Below, in pieces: positions 1 through 8,280 of a stretch of 64,000 bases of DNA (the stretch's first letter is position 1; each line of letters opens with the position of its first letter). Where the stretch lies: the NCBI GenBank assembly GCA_028707065.1, contig JAQTUZ010000002.1, positions 70,513 to 134,512 of the forward strand. Direction: 5' to 3'. Made by a program: the position numbers and the translations under genes. The stretch is from Patescibacteria group bacterium (lineage in GTDB: Bacteria > Patescibacteriota > Patescibacteriia > Patescibacteriales > WJLG01). A model generated the notes under the pieces. That model was not told the DNA's origin and searched no databases. It saw only the letters and a program-made list of their open reading frames with translations.

Positions 1-670
1 CTAATAGACATTTTCTTTTAGTTTGTTCGCACCCGATTAAAAGCGATCCGCTGCCGGCAAACCCATCAAAGACAAAATCGTTTATTTTGGTGCTGTTGAG
101 GATTAAGCGCCTTAATAATCCGACCGGTTTCATGGTACTGTGCAATTTGCTTTTATTTGGTTTAGGATAGAACAAGACGCTCTTATCCTGGGAGTGGCGG
201 AAGTCATGGGCGCCATACCAGCCATAGGCGATTAATTCATGCTGGGGCAGATAATCCAAGCGGCCAATTACCGCTTGTGATTTAACCCAAATGAGCAACT
301 GGGTGAATTTGTATTTGGCCTGAAGCATTGCCTCTCGCAAGGCGAAAATCATCTTGTCGCTGTTAAAAATATAGACGGCATTTTTTCTGGCCAGATACGG
401 TTTTATGTTTTCCAGCCACTGAATCGTGAAGTCGCGATATTCTTCGTCGCTTTGCGCCTGGTCGTTGGCAATGATTTTTTCACAGCCCAATTTTTGCTTG
501 AACCCTGATTTGCTCTCGACGTAGCCAACTCCATAGGGAACATCGGAAATAATCGCGGTAATTTTATCCTCGCCGATAAGGCGTTTTAATAATTCCTTAT
601 CATTAACATCGCCGCAGGCCAATCGATTATTGCCCAAGCGGAAAATTTCTCCCGTTTTAACTTTTTTCAT
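1..670 (-). CDS. DNA methyltransferase (N6-adenine/N4-cytosine type), 3' end cut by window edge
   Basis: Not in the ORF track because no stop lies in the window. Manual minus-strand translation from ATG at 670 stays open to position 2: MKKVKTGEIFRLGNNRLACGD...ISDVPYGVGY (motif IV, DPPY-like)...FDGFAGSGSLLIGCEQ (motif I FxGxG). It overlaps the upstream gene by 14 nt. Confidence 0.8.
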   Translation of the reverse strand, partial: MKKVKTGEIFRLGNNRLACGDVNDKELLKRLIGEDKITAIISDVPYGVGYVESKSGFKQKLGCEKIIANDQAQSDEEYRDFTIQWLENIKPYLARKNAVYIFNSDKMIFALREAMLQAKYKFTQLLIWVKSQAVIGRLDYLPQHELIAYGWYGAHDFRHSQDKSVLFYPKPNKSKLHSTMKPVGLLRRLILNSTKINDFVFDGFAGSGSLLIGCEQTKRKCLL

Positions 671-1952
671 GGTTGTATTTTGCCTTGTTGAGCTTCTTGG
701 CCCTCAGGCCACTAAGCTTTTCAAAGCGATTAATTATTAATTGGCAAAAAATTTGATCCTTTTCGATTAGGTATGCCCGCCGTTTTAATTGCTCGCAAGC
801 GATCAGCGTCGATCCTGATCCGCCGAACAGATCAAGCACGATGTCATTGATCTTGGTGCATCGTCTGAGGGCTTTTTCATGTAGAGTCGGCGGCTTTGAT
901 GTTGGGTGCTCATAATCCTGCCCGGGCAGACGTTTAACCAGCCAGATATCAAGAAGATCGAGAATATCTTCGATTGTTCGGTTGCCGGTGCCGATTTCTT
1001 TGTTTAGGATTTCATTAAGGTTGTTGATCGGCGCTACGTAGGGCTTGTTTTTAATGCCGTAAACTACTGGCTCATAGCATTTGTTGAAAGCGACTTGCGG
1101 GGTTACATTAAATCCATTTTTCATCCAGAGGCAGGTTCGCTGGTATTTTATGCCGAGTTCGGCATACAGCGCTTGGATCATGCCCACATACTTCTGATCG
1201 CAATACCAGAAAAAATGCAGATCCGGCTTGCTGACCGACAAGGCGGTTTGCATTGCCTGTTTGGTAAACTCTCTGAATTCTGCGTCGGTTTTGTTGTCAT
1301 TGACTTGTCCGCCGTAGTTTTGTTTTCCGCCCAAGCCTTTAGCGTAGTCGAGGGAAATATTATAGGGGCTATCGCAGTAGACCATGCTGGCTCGCTCTCC
1401 GGCCAACAGAATTTTTCCGTTATTCTGATCGGTCGAATCGGCGCAGAGGAGGCGATGGCTGCCTAACTGGAAAAGGTCGCCTGTTTTAATGCTGGTCTCC
1501 TTTATTTTTTCTAATTCCTTTTCTTCTTGAAAATCGTCGTCCTCGATTTCTAAAACGTCATTCCAGATTGCGCCGATTTCTTCGGAATCAAAACCCACGT
1601 CCAGCAAGGTTTCGATTTCAAAGTTTTTCAATAGCTCAAGATCCCATTCTCCTTGCGCCTTGTTCATTAATAAATTCAAATCTTTTTCCTTTTTGGGATT
1701 TAAATTTACGAAAATGACCGGCACTTCTTTGTAATTTAATTTTTGGGCGATTTTCCATCTTTGGTGGCCAGAAATTATCACGTTCTCGCGCCCTTTGAAT
1801 CGGTTGGCGACGATTGGATCCAGAAGCTGGTAAGTTTCAATGCTTCTGGTTAATACTTTTTCCTGGCTGGCCGTAAGGCGTCGAGGATTATATTCGGCCG
1901 CCTTGAGCTGTGCCGGAGGCACCATTATGATCTTAGGATTGATTTTCTTCAT
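657..1952 (-). CDS. ParB-like N-terminal domain fused to DNA methyltransferase
   Basis: 431-aa ORF. The N-terminus has ParB/Srx-type ISGHQRW. CDSPYNI is motif IV and LDLFGGSGSTLIACEQ is motif I (beta-class order). This architecture is common in phages and prophages. Confidence 0.85.
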   Translation of the reverse strand: MKKINPKIIMVPPAQLKAAEYNPRRLTASQEKVLTRSIETYQLLDPIVANRFKGRENVIISGHQRWKIAQKLNYKEVPVIFVNLNPKKEKDLNLLMNKAQGEWDLELLKNFEIETLLDVGFDSEEIGAIWNDVLEIEDDDFQEEKELEKIKETSIKTGDLFQLGSHRLLCADSTDQNNGKILLAGERASMVYCDSPYNISLDYAKGLGGKQNYGGQVNDNKTDAEFREFTKQAMQTALSVSKPDLHFFWYCDQKYVGMIQALYAELGIKYQRTCLWMKNGFNVTPQVAFNKCYEPVVYGIKNKPYVAPINNLNEILNKEIGTGNRTIEDILDLLDIWLVKRLPGQDYEHPTSKPPTLHEKALRRCTKINDIVLDLFGGSGSTLIACEQLKRRAYLIEKDQIFCQLIINRFEKLSGLRAKKLNKAKYNHEKS

Positions 1953-2116
1953 ACGGATTTAGTTTTTAGTTTATTAATAAATCGCGCGGAAATAAAAAAA
2001 CCTACTCCGCACGCGAAATAAAAGAAGTCGACGCTTCGCTTATTTCTTGCGCGGAATAGGCATGGCTCTTTGAGCGCTACACTACTCGCTTTTTACTACG
2101 CAGTATTATTTAATTT

Positions 2117-2530
2117 TTAACTTTCATTTTTTGCCAATCTTCTTAAAATCCTTTTTCCTTTGACGCTATTTTTAAATTCAACAGCATCCTTTCCAAGAAG
2201 GATCGGCACATTATTCGGCACGCTTATTAAAACGCGCCTTCCTTGCTTTCGGCATTCGTTTATCGTCTCTTGCAGAACCGGATCATTCAGGCCCATGTCA
2301 ATATTAAAATTAATTATACCTTCTTTATTTTTTTCTTGCGGCGGAAGAGGGGAGTAGAGTCTTGCTGGTTTTTTCCAAAAAATCAACCTTTTAAAAAATT
2401 TGCCAATCTCATTTGTAGTTCGGGTATTTGTGTGAAGCTGAATATCGGTCATTTGTAAAACAATATCCTCTGGTCCGGGAGCAGACTGAGCTGGCTTAAG
2501 TTCTAATTTTTGGATTATTTTTTCTTCCAT
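2117..2530 (-). CDS. hypothetical protein
   Basis: 137-aa ORF upstream of and co-oriented with the methyltransferases. No motif recognised. Confidence 0.45.
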   Translation of the reverse strand: MEEKIIQKLELKPAQSAPGPEDIVLQMTDIQLHTNTRTTNEIGKFFKRLIFWKKPARLYSPLPPQEKNKEGIINFNIDMGLNDPVLQETINECRKQGRRVLISVPNNVPILLGKDAVEFKNSVKGKRILRRLAKNES

Positions 2531-2646
2531 GTCTTAAGTATAGCACGCCGTACAAATTACGCAAGAGGTACAACAAATATTTGACTTGTTTCGAGCTCTA
2601 TGCTAAGCTTGTGATAGCTAATATAAAAGCACGTAAAATTCAACTT

Positions 2647-3288
2647 ATGAAAAAAATGAACGAAAATCAGCAAAAAATTCTCAAACTTGCTTTAAAAGAG
2701 GATATAAGCAAGTTGACCCCAATGGAAATAGCTAGAAAAACGGGCATTGATCACGTCTTCAAAGTTCAATACCATATGGATCAACTTAGAAAAAAGGGCT
2801 TGCTTTATTTCAATAAAAAAGACAAAAAAAGCGAAGTTGCCAAGAGTGGATCGTTTGTTATTGATAAACTTTTACGCATTCCGATTGTTGGCGCGGCTAA
2901 TTGTGGTCCGGCTACCGAACTGGCTCATGAAAACATAGAAGGATATTTGAGTGTATCCAAAGAATTTTTGCCTAAGGCAGACCAGAATAGCTTGATGGCG
3001 GTCCGAGCAGTTGGCGAATCGTTAAATAAAGCCAAAATTGATGGCGAGAGCGTCGAGAGCGGCGATTATGTTATTGTCGACTGCAATAGAACCCCAGAGC
3101 CCGGTGATTACGTCTTGTCGGTTATTGATGATGCCGCCAATTTTAAAAAGTTCTATAAGACCGGAGACGAGGTTAGGCTTGTATCGGAATCGACCCTAGA
3201 CATTCCGCCCATCGTTTTACACAAAAAAGATTTAGACTCTATCGGCTACGCCGTTAACGGCGTAGCGATAAAGGTATTTAAAAAATAA
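2647..3288 (+). CDS. LexA/CI-like repressor (winged-helix N-terminus plus S24 self-cleaving peptidase domain)
   Basis: ATG at 2647 lies in frame within ORF 2581..3288. Ala-Gly-type cleavage region IVGAANCG, Ser motif VGESL (GDSM-like), Lys region ANFKKF. The N-terminus is HTH-like. Confidence 0.75.
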   Translation: MKKMNENQQKILKLALKEDISKLTPMEIARKTGIDHVFKVQYHMDQLRKKGLLYFNKKDKKSEVAKSGSFVIDKLLRIPIVGAANCGPATELAHENIEGYLSVSKEFLPKADQNSLMAVRAVGESLNKAKIDGESVESGDYVIVDCNRTPEPGDYVLSVIDDAANFKKFYKTGDEVRLVSESTLDIPPIVLHKKDLDSIGYAVNGVAIKVFKK

Positions 3289-3300
3289 TATTTTAAATGT

Positions 3301-3510
3301 ATGCCTCCAAAATACATTCGCAATGCCGGCAAGCAATGGACTCCGACAGAAGTGAAACAATTAAAAGTCCTTGCTAAACAGGACACCCCAACTCGTGTAA
3401 TCGGTTTAAAATTAGGCCGTCCGGTTGCCGGTGTTCAGAGTAAAGCCTCGGCTCTTGGCGTGAGCTTGAAACCGACAAATCAAGCGCCGTATAACCGCAG
3501 AGGAAAATAA
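3301..3510 (+). CDS. small Myb/SANT-like HTH protein (hypothetical)
   Basis: 69-aa ORF with WTPTEVKQLKVL, a Myb-like pattern. Its stop lies 1 nt before the next start, so it is probably translationally coupled to the nucleotidyltransferase gene. Confidence 0.5.
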   Translation: MPPKYIRNAGKQWTPTEVKQLKVLAKQDTPTRVIGLKLGRPVAGVQSKASALGVSLKPTNQAPYNRRGK

Positions 3511-3511
3511 T

Positions 3512-4501
3512 ATGATAAACACTTTATTAGAGAATTTTCTTATTAAGAAAATTAATCCGGATCCGGAAATCATTAATCAAGCCTCTGAAAGCCAGGAAAG
3601 ACTTAGAGAAATTTTGGCAAATAAGTTGGAAGAAGACAATAGCTTGCCTTCCGTTCTTGAGGGCGAGGATTTTCTCTACGGATCTGCCATCAGGGGAACA
3701 AAGCCAGCACCGTTTGATGATGTTGATTTAATGCTTGTTTTAGATGGATCAACCTTGGTTGCCAAAGAAGGTGGTCAGGAAATGGGTCCAGCATATGGAA
3801 GCGGGAAAACATTTAATCCGCTGACTTTGCCGCAATATAAAGATGAGTTCGGAAATATATCTTCTCAAAAAATTCTAAACCGCATCCGCGAAGTTTTAAG
3901 TGAAACTTATTCTCGTTCCGAAATCAGAAAAGATGGGCAAGCAATTAATGTTTGGTTGGATGCATATGGTTTTGGAATTGATGTTGTCCCTGCTTTTAAA
4001 ATCGCACATACTAGAGCCGGTACCCATTATTTTATTCCCGAAGGAACAAATTCGAATATGTGGCAATCTACGAATCCGCTTTCTGATATTGAAGCATTTA
4101 AAAAAGAAGATGCAAGATTGGGCGGTGTTTTATCTTCAAGTTGTCGACTTATGAGAAAATGGAATGAGTTGAGTAACGCTGACAGGCTTTCAGGATTCCA
4201 TGTGGATGCGCTTGTTTATCGTTCGCTCTTTGGGAAAAATATTACGACACTTGAAAATGCCTTGCGAGAGTGTTTTAATTTGTTTGATCAGCATCTTGTC
4301 TTAACTTGTCCGCAATTTTCTGGGTTTGCCCCACATATTGATTACAAACTTTCGGCTGAGAATCGAGCACAAAGCATCAAGATGGCACAGGAAGCAAAGA
4401 ATTGTTTTTCGGCGCCTGGGTCTGGTCTACTCTTTTCCCTGCCAGCAAGCACTAATATGCGACTTTGGAATAAAATATTCAACGGGGAATTACTTAAGTA
4501 A
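3512..4501 (+). CDS. SMODS / CD-NTase-like nucleotidyltransferase (CBASS-like cyclase candidate)
   Basis: Pol-beta NTase motifs: YGSAIRGT (GS), DDVDLMLVLD (DxD) and a third acidic residue in GIDVVPAF. The downstream IPEG...W..TNP pattern is typical of SMODS. Confidence 0.7.
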   Translation: MINTLLENFLIKKINPDPEIINQASESQERLREILANKLEEDNSLPSVLEGEDFLYGSAIRGTKPAPFDDVDLMLVLDGSTLVAKEGGQEMGPAYGSGKTFNPLTLPQYKDEFGNISSQKILNRIREVLSETYSRSEIRKDGQAINVWLDAYGFGIDVVPAFKIAHTRAGTHYFIPEGTNSNMWQSTNPLSDIEAFKKEDARLGGVLSSSCRLMRKWNELSNADRLSGFHVDALVYRSLFGKNITTLENALRECFNLFDQHLVLTCPQFSGFAPHIDYKLSAENRAQSIKMAQEAKNCFSAPGSGLLFSLPASTNMRLWNKIFNGELLK

Positions 4502-4505
4502 AAGT

Positions 4506-5390
4506 ATGAATAATATTATTGCCAGACAAAATCAACCCGATCAGATTAATAGATTGGCCGCCCAAAGGTATCTATATTCTAAAGCGAAAAATTTTTTTCT
4601 TGCTCGGCTGTTTTTATCCCTCGTGTTTGCAATCATCGCTCCAATTTTAATGTTAGAATTTAAAAATACCCAATATTATATCGCCATATCCGCAGTTTTT
4701 TATTTGTTTGTTGACTTTTTCTTTTTAAGAAGAGTTGAGAATTCTGATAGAAAAAATGCGGCAAAAATTCAAGAAAGTTTTGATTTGGAATTATTTGAAC
4801 TGCCGTGGAACGATATAGTTGCTGGGAATAAAATTGAAGAAGAGAAAGTACTTTCGTCCTCGAAAAAGTATAAGAAAAAAGTGAAAAATAATTTGGCAAA
4901 TTTGTATGATTGGTATTCTAAAGAAATAGGAGATATTGATCTTCTGCCCGCGGTTGCCATTTGCCAGCGGACAAACGTGTATTGGGACGTGTCTTTGCGA
5001 GAGAAGCTTTTTTGGTCAATTATGGCCATAATTTTATTGTTAAGCTTCGTATTATTTTTTTGGGGCAAAAATTCAATAGTGTTTTTATTTTCAGTTCTTC
5101 CTTTTTACGAAGTTATCATTGATTATGCGGCATCGCAGTATTCTTCGGTAGGCAGAATTAAGGAACTTAAAAATAAAATTGAAGAATTACTGGAAAAGCT
5201 ACCTGAATTTAAAAATATCAACAGTGGCATAAAAGGCAGTCTAAGAGCAATTCAGGATCAGCTTTTTAGACACAGGGAGTCGTGTTCGTTTGTTCCAGAT
5301 TGGTTTTATAAAATTTTTAGAGACAGACAGGAGGAGGAGATGAATTATTGTGCGAAACATTATGTTGATAAATTCCTAAGTAAAGTGTAG
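4506..5390 (+). CDS. four-TM effector, SMODS-associated S-4TM/SLATT-like
   Basis: ATG at 4506 is in frame within ORF 4326..5390, 4 nt after the NTase stop. Two pairs of hydrophobic helices (LFLSLVFAIIAPILML, YYIAISAVFYLFVDFFFL, LFWSIMAIILLLSFVLFFW, IVFLFSVLPFYEVII) precede a charged C-terminal tail. Confidence 0.6.
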   Translation: MNNIIARQNQPDQINRLAAQRYLYSKAKNFFLARLFLSLVFAIIAPILMLEFKNTQYYIAISAVFYLFVDFFFLRRVENSDRKNAAKIQESFDLELFELPWNDIVAGNKIEEEKVLSSSKKYKKKVKNNLANLYDWYSKEIGDIDLLPAVAICQRTNVYWDVSLREKLFWSIMAIILLLSFVLFFWGKNSIVFLFSVLPFYEVIIDYAASQYSSVGRIKELKNKIEELLEKLPEFKNINSGIKGSLRAIQDQLFRHRESCSFVPDWFYKIFRDRQEEEMNYCAKHYVDKFLSKV

Positions 5391-5583
5391 CAGGTAATGA
5401 GTTGTGCTATGTTTTGATATTTTTGTCAAATGGTGCATAAAAGCAATCCCTTTTTATAGTGTCCCATTTGTCCCATTTTGTTTTTAGACCCTTGACCCAA
5501 GTGCCTCATTTTTGCCCCTGGACGATGTCGCATAAAACCCTTATGATGATTGTATAACTGGGGTACTTAACCCAAGTGTCCCG

Positions 5584-5625
5584 CTAACTAAAATAACCTG
5601 ACCTGCGTCAGGTTATTTTAGTTAG
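5584..5625 (+). terminator. perfect 19-bp AT-rich hairpin after the CBASS-like operon
   Basis: ctaactaaaataacctgac / ctgc / gtcaggttattttagttag. Confidence 0.6.
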
Positions 5626-5762
5626 AATGGAAAAGGATAGGATTCGAAAGGCGGAGCGATGTTGGCCGAGCTTTTTGGCGAGGCCAACCGCGAGCCGGGG
5701 TCGCGACCGAACGAGCGGAAGCGAGTGAGAGTTGTGACCGAATCCCATCCTCTCCGCTCAAA
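5598..5762. repeat. 165-nt direct repeat, copy 1 (hairpin half plus GC-rich element with tRNA-3'-like ends)
   Basis: Identical to 5966-6130 except for one mismatch (offset 368 nt). The GC-rich core is bounded by GGATAGGATTCG ... CGAATCCCATCC. Confidence 0.9.
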
Positions 5763-5799
5763 TATAAAATCACGGCTCGTCGCCGTGATTTTATATTTG
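5759..5799. terminator. perfect 17-bp hairpin between GC-rich elements
   Basis: caaatataaaatcacgg / ctcgtcg / ccgtgattttatatttg. Confidence 0.45.
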
Positions 5800-5965
5800 A
5801 GAAGAAAGGGAAGGGGATTCGAACTGGTTGCGAGCGAGCTATGAGTCGCGAGGGAACGAGCGACGAATAAGCGAGCGACGCCAGACGCGACCCGCGGGAG
5901 CGTTTGGCGGCAACCCTGGACAAGAGAGCGAGCCGCTTTCCGGCGGCGAGCGAACGCGTTTCTTT

Positions 5966-6130
5966 CTGACCTGCGTCAGGTTATTTTAGTTAGAATGGAA
6001 AAGGATAGGATTCGAAAGGCGGAGCGATGTTGGCCGAGCTTTTTGGCGAGGCCAACCGCGAGCCGGGGTCGCGACCGAACGAGCGGAAGCGAGTGAGAGT
6101 TGTGACCGAATCCCATCCTCTCCGTTCAAA
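5966..6130. repeat. 165-nt direct repeat, copy 2
   Basis: See copy 1. Only the last 5 bp of the left hairpin arm are kept. Confidence 0.9.
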
Positions 6131-6248
6131 ATATTCAGATTTCCAAAAGTTATTTTTGGTATTTGACGCTTACCGATATTCATGCTATATTTCGGATAAG
6201 AAAATTACATCGTTATTTATCAATAAATCTTTACCAAAGGAGGAAGTT

Positions 6249-6557
6249 GTGAACAGAATCGTGAGAAGCGCGGCCGGAAGCGTTTTTTTGGCGCCGAGGG
6301 GCCTTGTCGCGCCCGTGAAGTCCAAGATGATTTCGAAGAGAAGGATTCGGAAAGATTGGCGGCTGGATTTGAAAACTCTGGTGTGGATGCTGGCGATTAC
6401 CATTTCTGGCGGATACGTGATTGCCAATTGGGATGAGCTCGCGGCAAAATTCAGCTCACCAATTTCGTATCAGTATGACAAATTCACGTCGCTTATCGAG
6501 CGCGGAGTTGTCGCGCTGGAGCGTGATGCCAACAACGGTACGCCCCGGCGTCCGTAA
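6249..6557 (+). CDS. hypothetical small membrane protein
   Basis: GTG at 6249 is preceded by AAGGAGG (6237-6243) and is in frame within ORF 6027..6557. The upstream part of that ORF is just the repeated GC-rich element. Confidence 0.35.
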   Translation: MNRIVRSAAGSVFLAPRGLVAPVKSKMISKRRIRKDWRLDLKTLVWMLAITISGGYVIANWDELAAKFSSPISYQYDKFTSLIERGVVALERDANNGTPRRP

Positions 6558-6697
6558 AGATCAATCAAGCCGAAAAGAAAAAGGCGGTGGGAGTCAGAAC
6601 TCGACCGCTTTTATTTTATCTAAAAATTTTTTTGATTGAAATAAAATAGCCAGGAAAACTGATTCCTGGCTATGCGCTATTTTTTTTGAGATCCTTT

Positions 6698-7999
6698 TTA
6701 TGCCCGTCCGATGGCTTTGAAGCCGATGTCAGTGCGGTAACGCGCATTTTCCCACCTGATCAGCTTTACTGCCTGGTAGGCCCGAGTTTGAGCGTCGAAT
6801 AACTTGTCTCCCTTTGCCGATACATCGATAACTCGCCCTCCTGCCGTCAAATACACGCCGGATCGGGGGTCGAGTCCGGTGGCCGCGTGTAATATTTGCA
6901 CATCGGCCAGGCAGGCGGCTTCTTCCAGTCCGGAAATCGGAAGTCCGGTTTTGGGTTTTTCCGGATATTCGCCCGACACCATTACCACGCAAAGAGCCGG
7001 CCGCGGATCCCACTGAATCGTCATGCCGGCTAAACTTCCTTTGGCCGTTGCCAAAAGGAAGGGCAGGATATCAGACTTCATCCGCAGGAGGATCGGCTGG
7101 ATTTCCGGGTCGCCGAAACGGATGTTGAATTCCAGCACCCGCACGTCTTCGCCGTCGATCATCAGTCCGGCGTAAAGGAGGCCGCGGAAAGGCATGCCTT
7201 CGTTCTTCATCGCTTCAACCGTCGGCTTCATGATCGTCTCCATGATTTTTTCACTTAAAGCGGGGGTAACGACTGGCGCCGGAGAATAGGCTCCCATGCC
7301 GCCGGTATTGGGGCCTTGGTCGTTGTCGCGGGCTCGCTTATGGTCTTGGGCGGTGGCTAAAGGTAAAACGCGCTTGCCGTCCACGAAGGCCATAAAGGAG
7401 GCTTCTTCGCCCGAAAGGAAATCTTCGATGACGATCTGATTGCCGGCATCGCCGAATTTCTTGTCCACCATCATGGCGCGGATCGTATTTTCAGCCTCGG
7501 CAAGCGTTGGGCAATCAATCGCCCCTTTGCCTGAAGCCAGGCCCGAGGTTTTGATGAACACGTGCGGGTCTGTTTTGCGACGCATATATTCCAGCGCGGA
7601 ATCGGGATTGGAAAAGGTATCGAAGGCCGCCGTAGGAATTTCGTATCTTCTCAGCAGCTGCTTCATGGCCGCCTTGGAGCCTTCCAAAATCGATGCTTTT
7701 TTGGACGGACCGAAAACCGGGATGCCCGCTCTCCGCAAACGGTCAGACAAACCGGCCACCAGGGGCGCTTCCGGCCCGATCACCGCCAAGCCGATCTTCT
7801 TGACTTTGGCAAATGACACTATGGATGACGGATACTTAGCATCAATAGGTACGCACTGGGCTGTCCGGCTGATTCCGCCGTTGCCCGGCAGGCAGTAAAT
7901 TTTTCCTGCCAGCGGGGATTGGCTGATTTTTTCCACGAGCGCGGCTTCACGGCCGCCGCTGCCGATCACCATGACATTGAGTTTAGCTTTTTTGGCCAT
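6698..7999 (-). CDS. purD: phosphoribosylamine--glycine ligase
   Basis: 433 aa. The N-terminus VMVIGSGGREAALV and the ATP-grasp body are typical of PurD. Confidence 0.95.
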   Translation of the reverse strand: MAKKAKLNVMVIGSGGREAALVEKISQSPLAGKIYCLPGNGGISRTAQCVPIDAKYPSSIVSFAKVKKIGLAVIGPEAPLVAGLSDRLRRAGIPVFGPSKKASILEGSKAAMKQLLRRYEIPTAAFDTFSNPDSALEYMRRKTDPHVFIKTSGLASGKGAIDCPTLAEAENTIRAMMVDKKFGDAGNQIVIEDFLSGEEASFMAFVDGKRVLPLATAQDHKRARDNDQGPNTGGMGAYSPAPVVTPALSEKIMETIMKPTVEAMKNEGMPFRGLLYAGLMIDGEDVRVLEFNIRFGDPEIQPILLRMKSDILPFLLATAKGSLAGMTIQWDPRPALCVVMVSGEYPEKPKTGLPISGLEEAACLADVQILHAATGLDPRSGVYLTAGGRVIDVSAKGDKLFDAQTRAYQAVKLIRWENARYRTDIGFKAIGRA

Positions 8000-8280
8000 C
8001 GACTCCTCCTTGATTGTTGAGTGATTGGGGATTAGAAAATATCGACTTATTATGTGGAATAATTCAAAGGGCTATCAAAAAGATTTGTCGGAACGCTTTT
8101 TGTTTTTTTTTCAGAAACAAATCATCCAGAATCAATAAATTTTATTCCTATATTTTTTATCTGTCAATGTCAATGCCGATCAAGACAGGAGACTTTTTTA
8201 TAAAACTTTGCCGACTGCAGAAAATAAGATATAATATATTCGGTGATTATAAATCAAATCGTTAATTTAAAAATGAGAAC

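Noticed and set aside
5618-6248. ORF-track entries 5618..5923(-), 5659..5844(+), 5986..6183(-) and the first 74 codons of 6027..6557(+), which give near-identical 'proteins' (MLAELFGEANREPGSRPNERKR..., ...RGWPRQKARPTSLRLSNPILFHSN).
   Set aside because: They are translations of the duplicated GC-rich non-coding element on both strands. They have no RBS and run through hairpins. The only credible start in this region is GTG 6249, which follows AAGGAGG.
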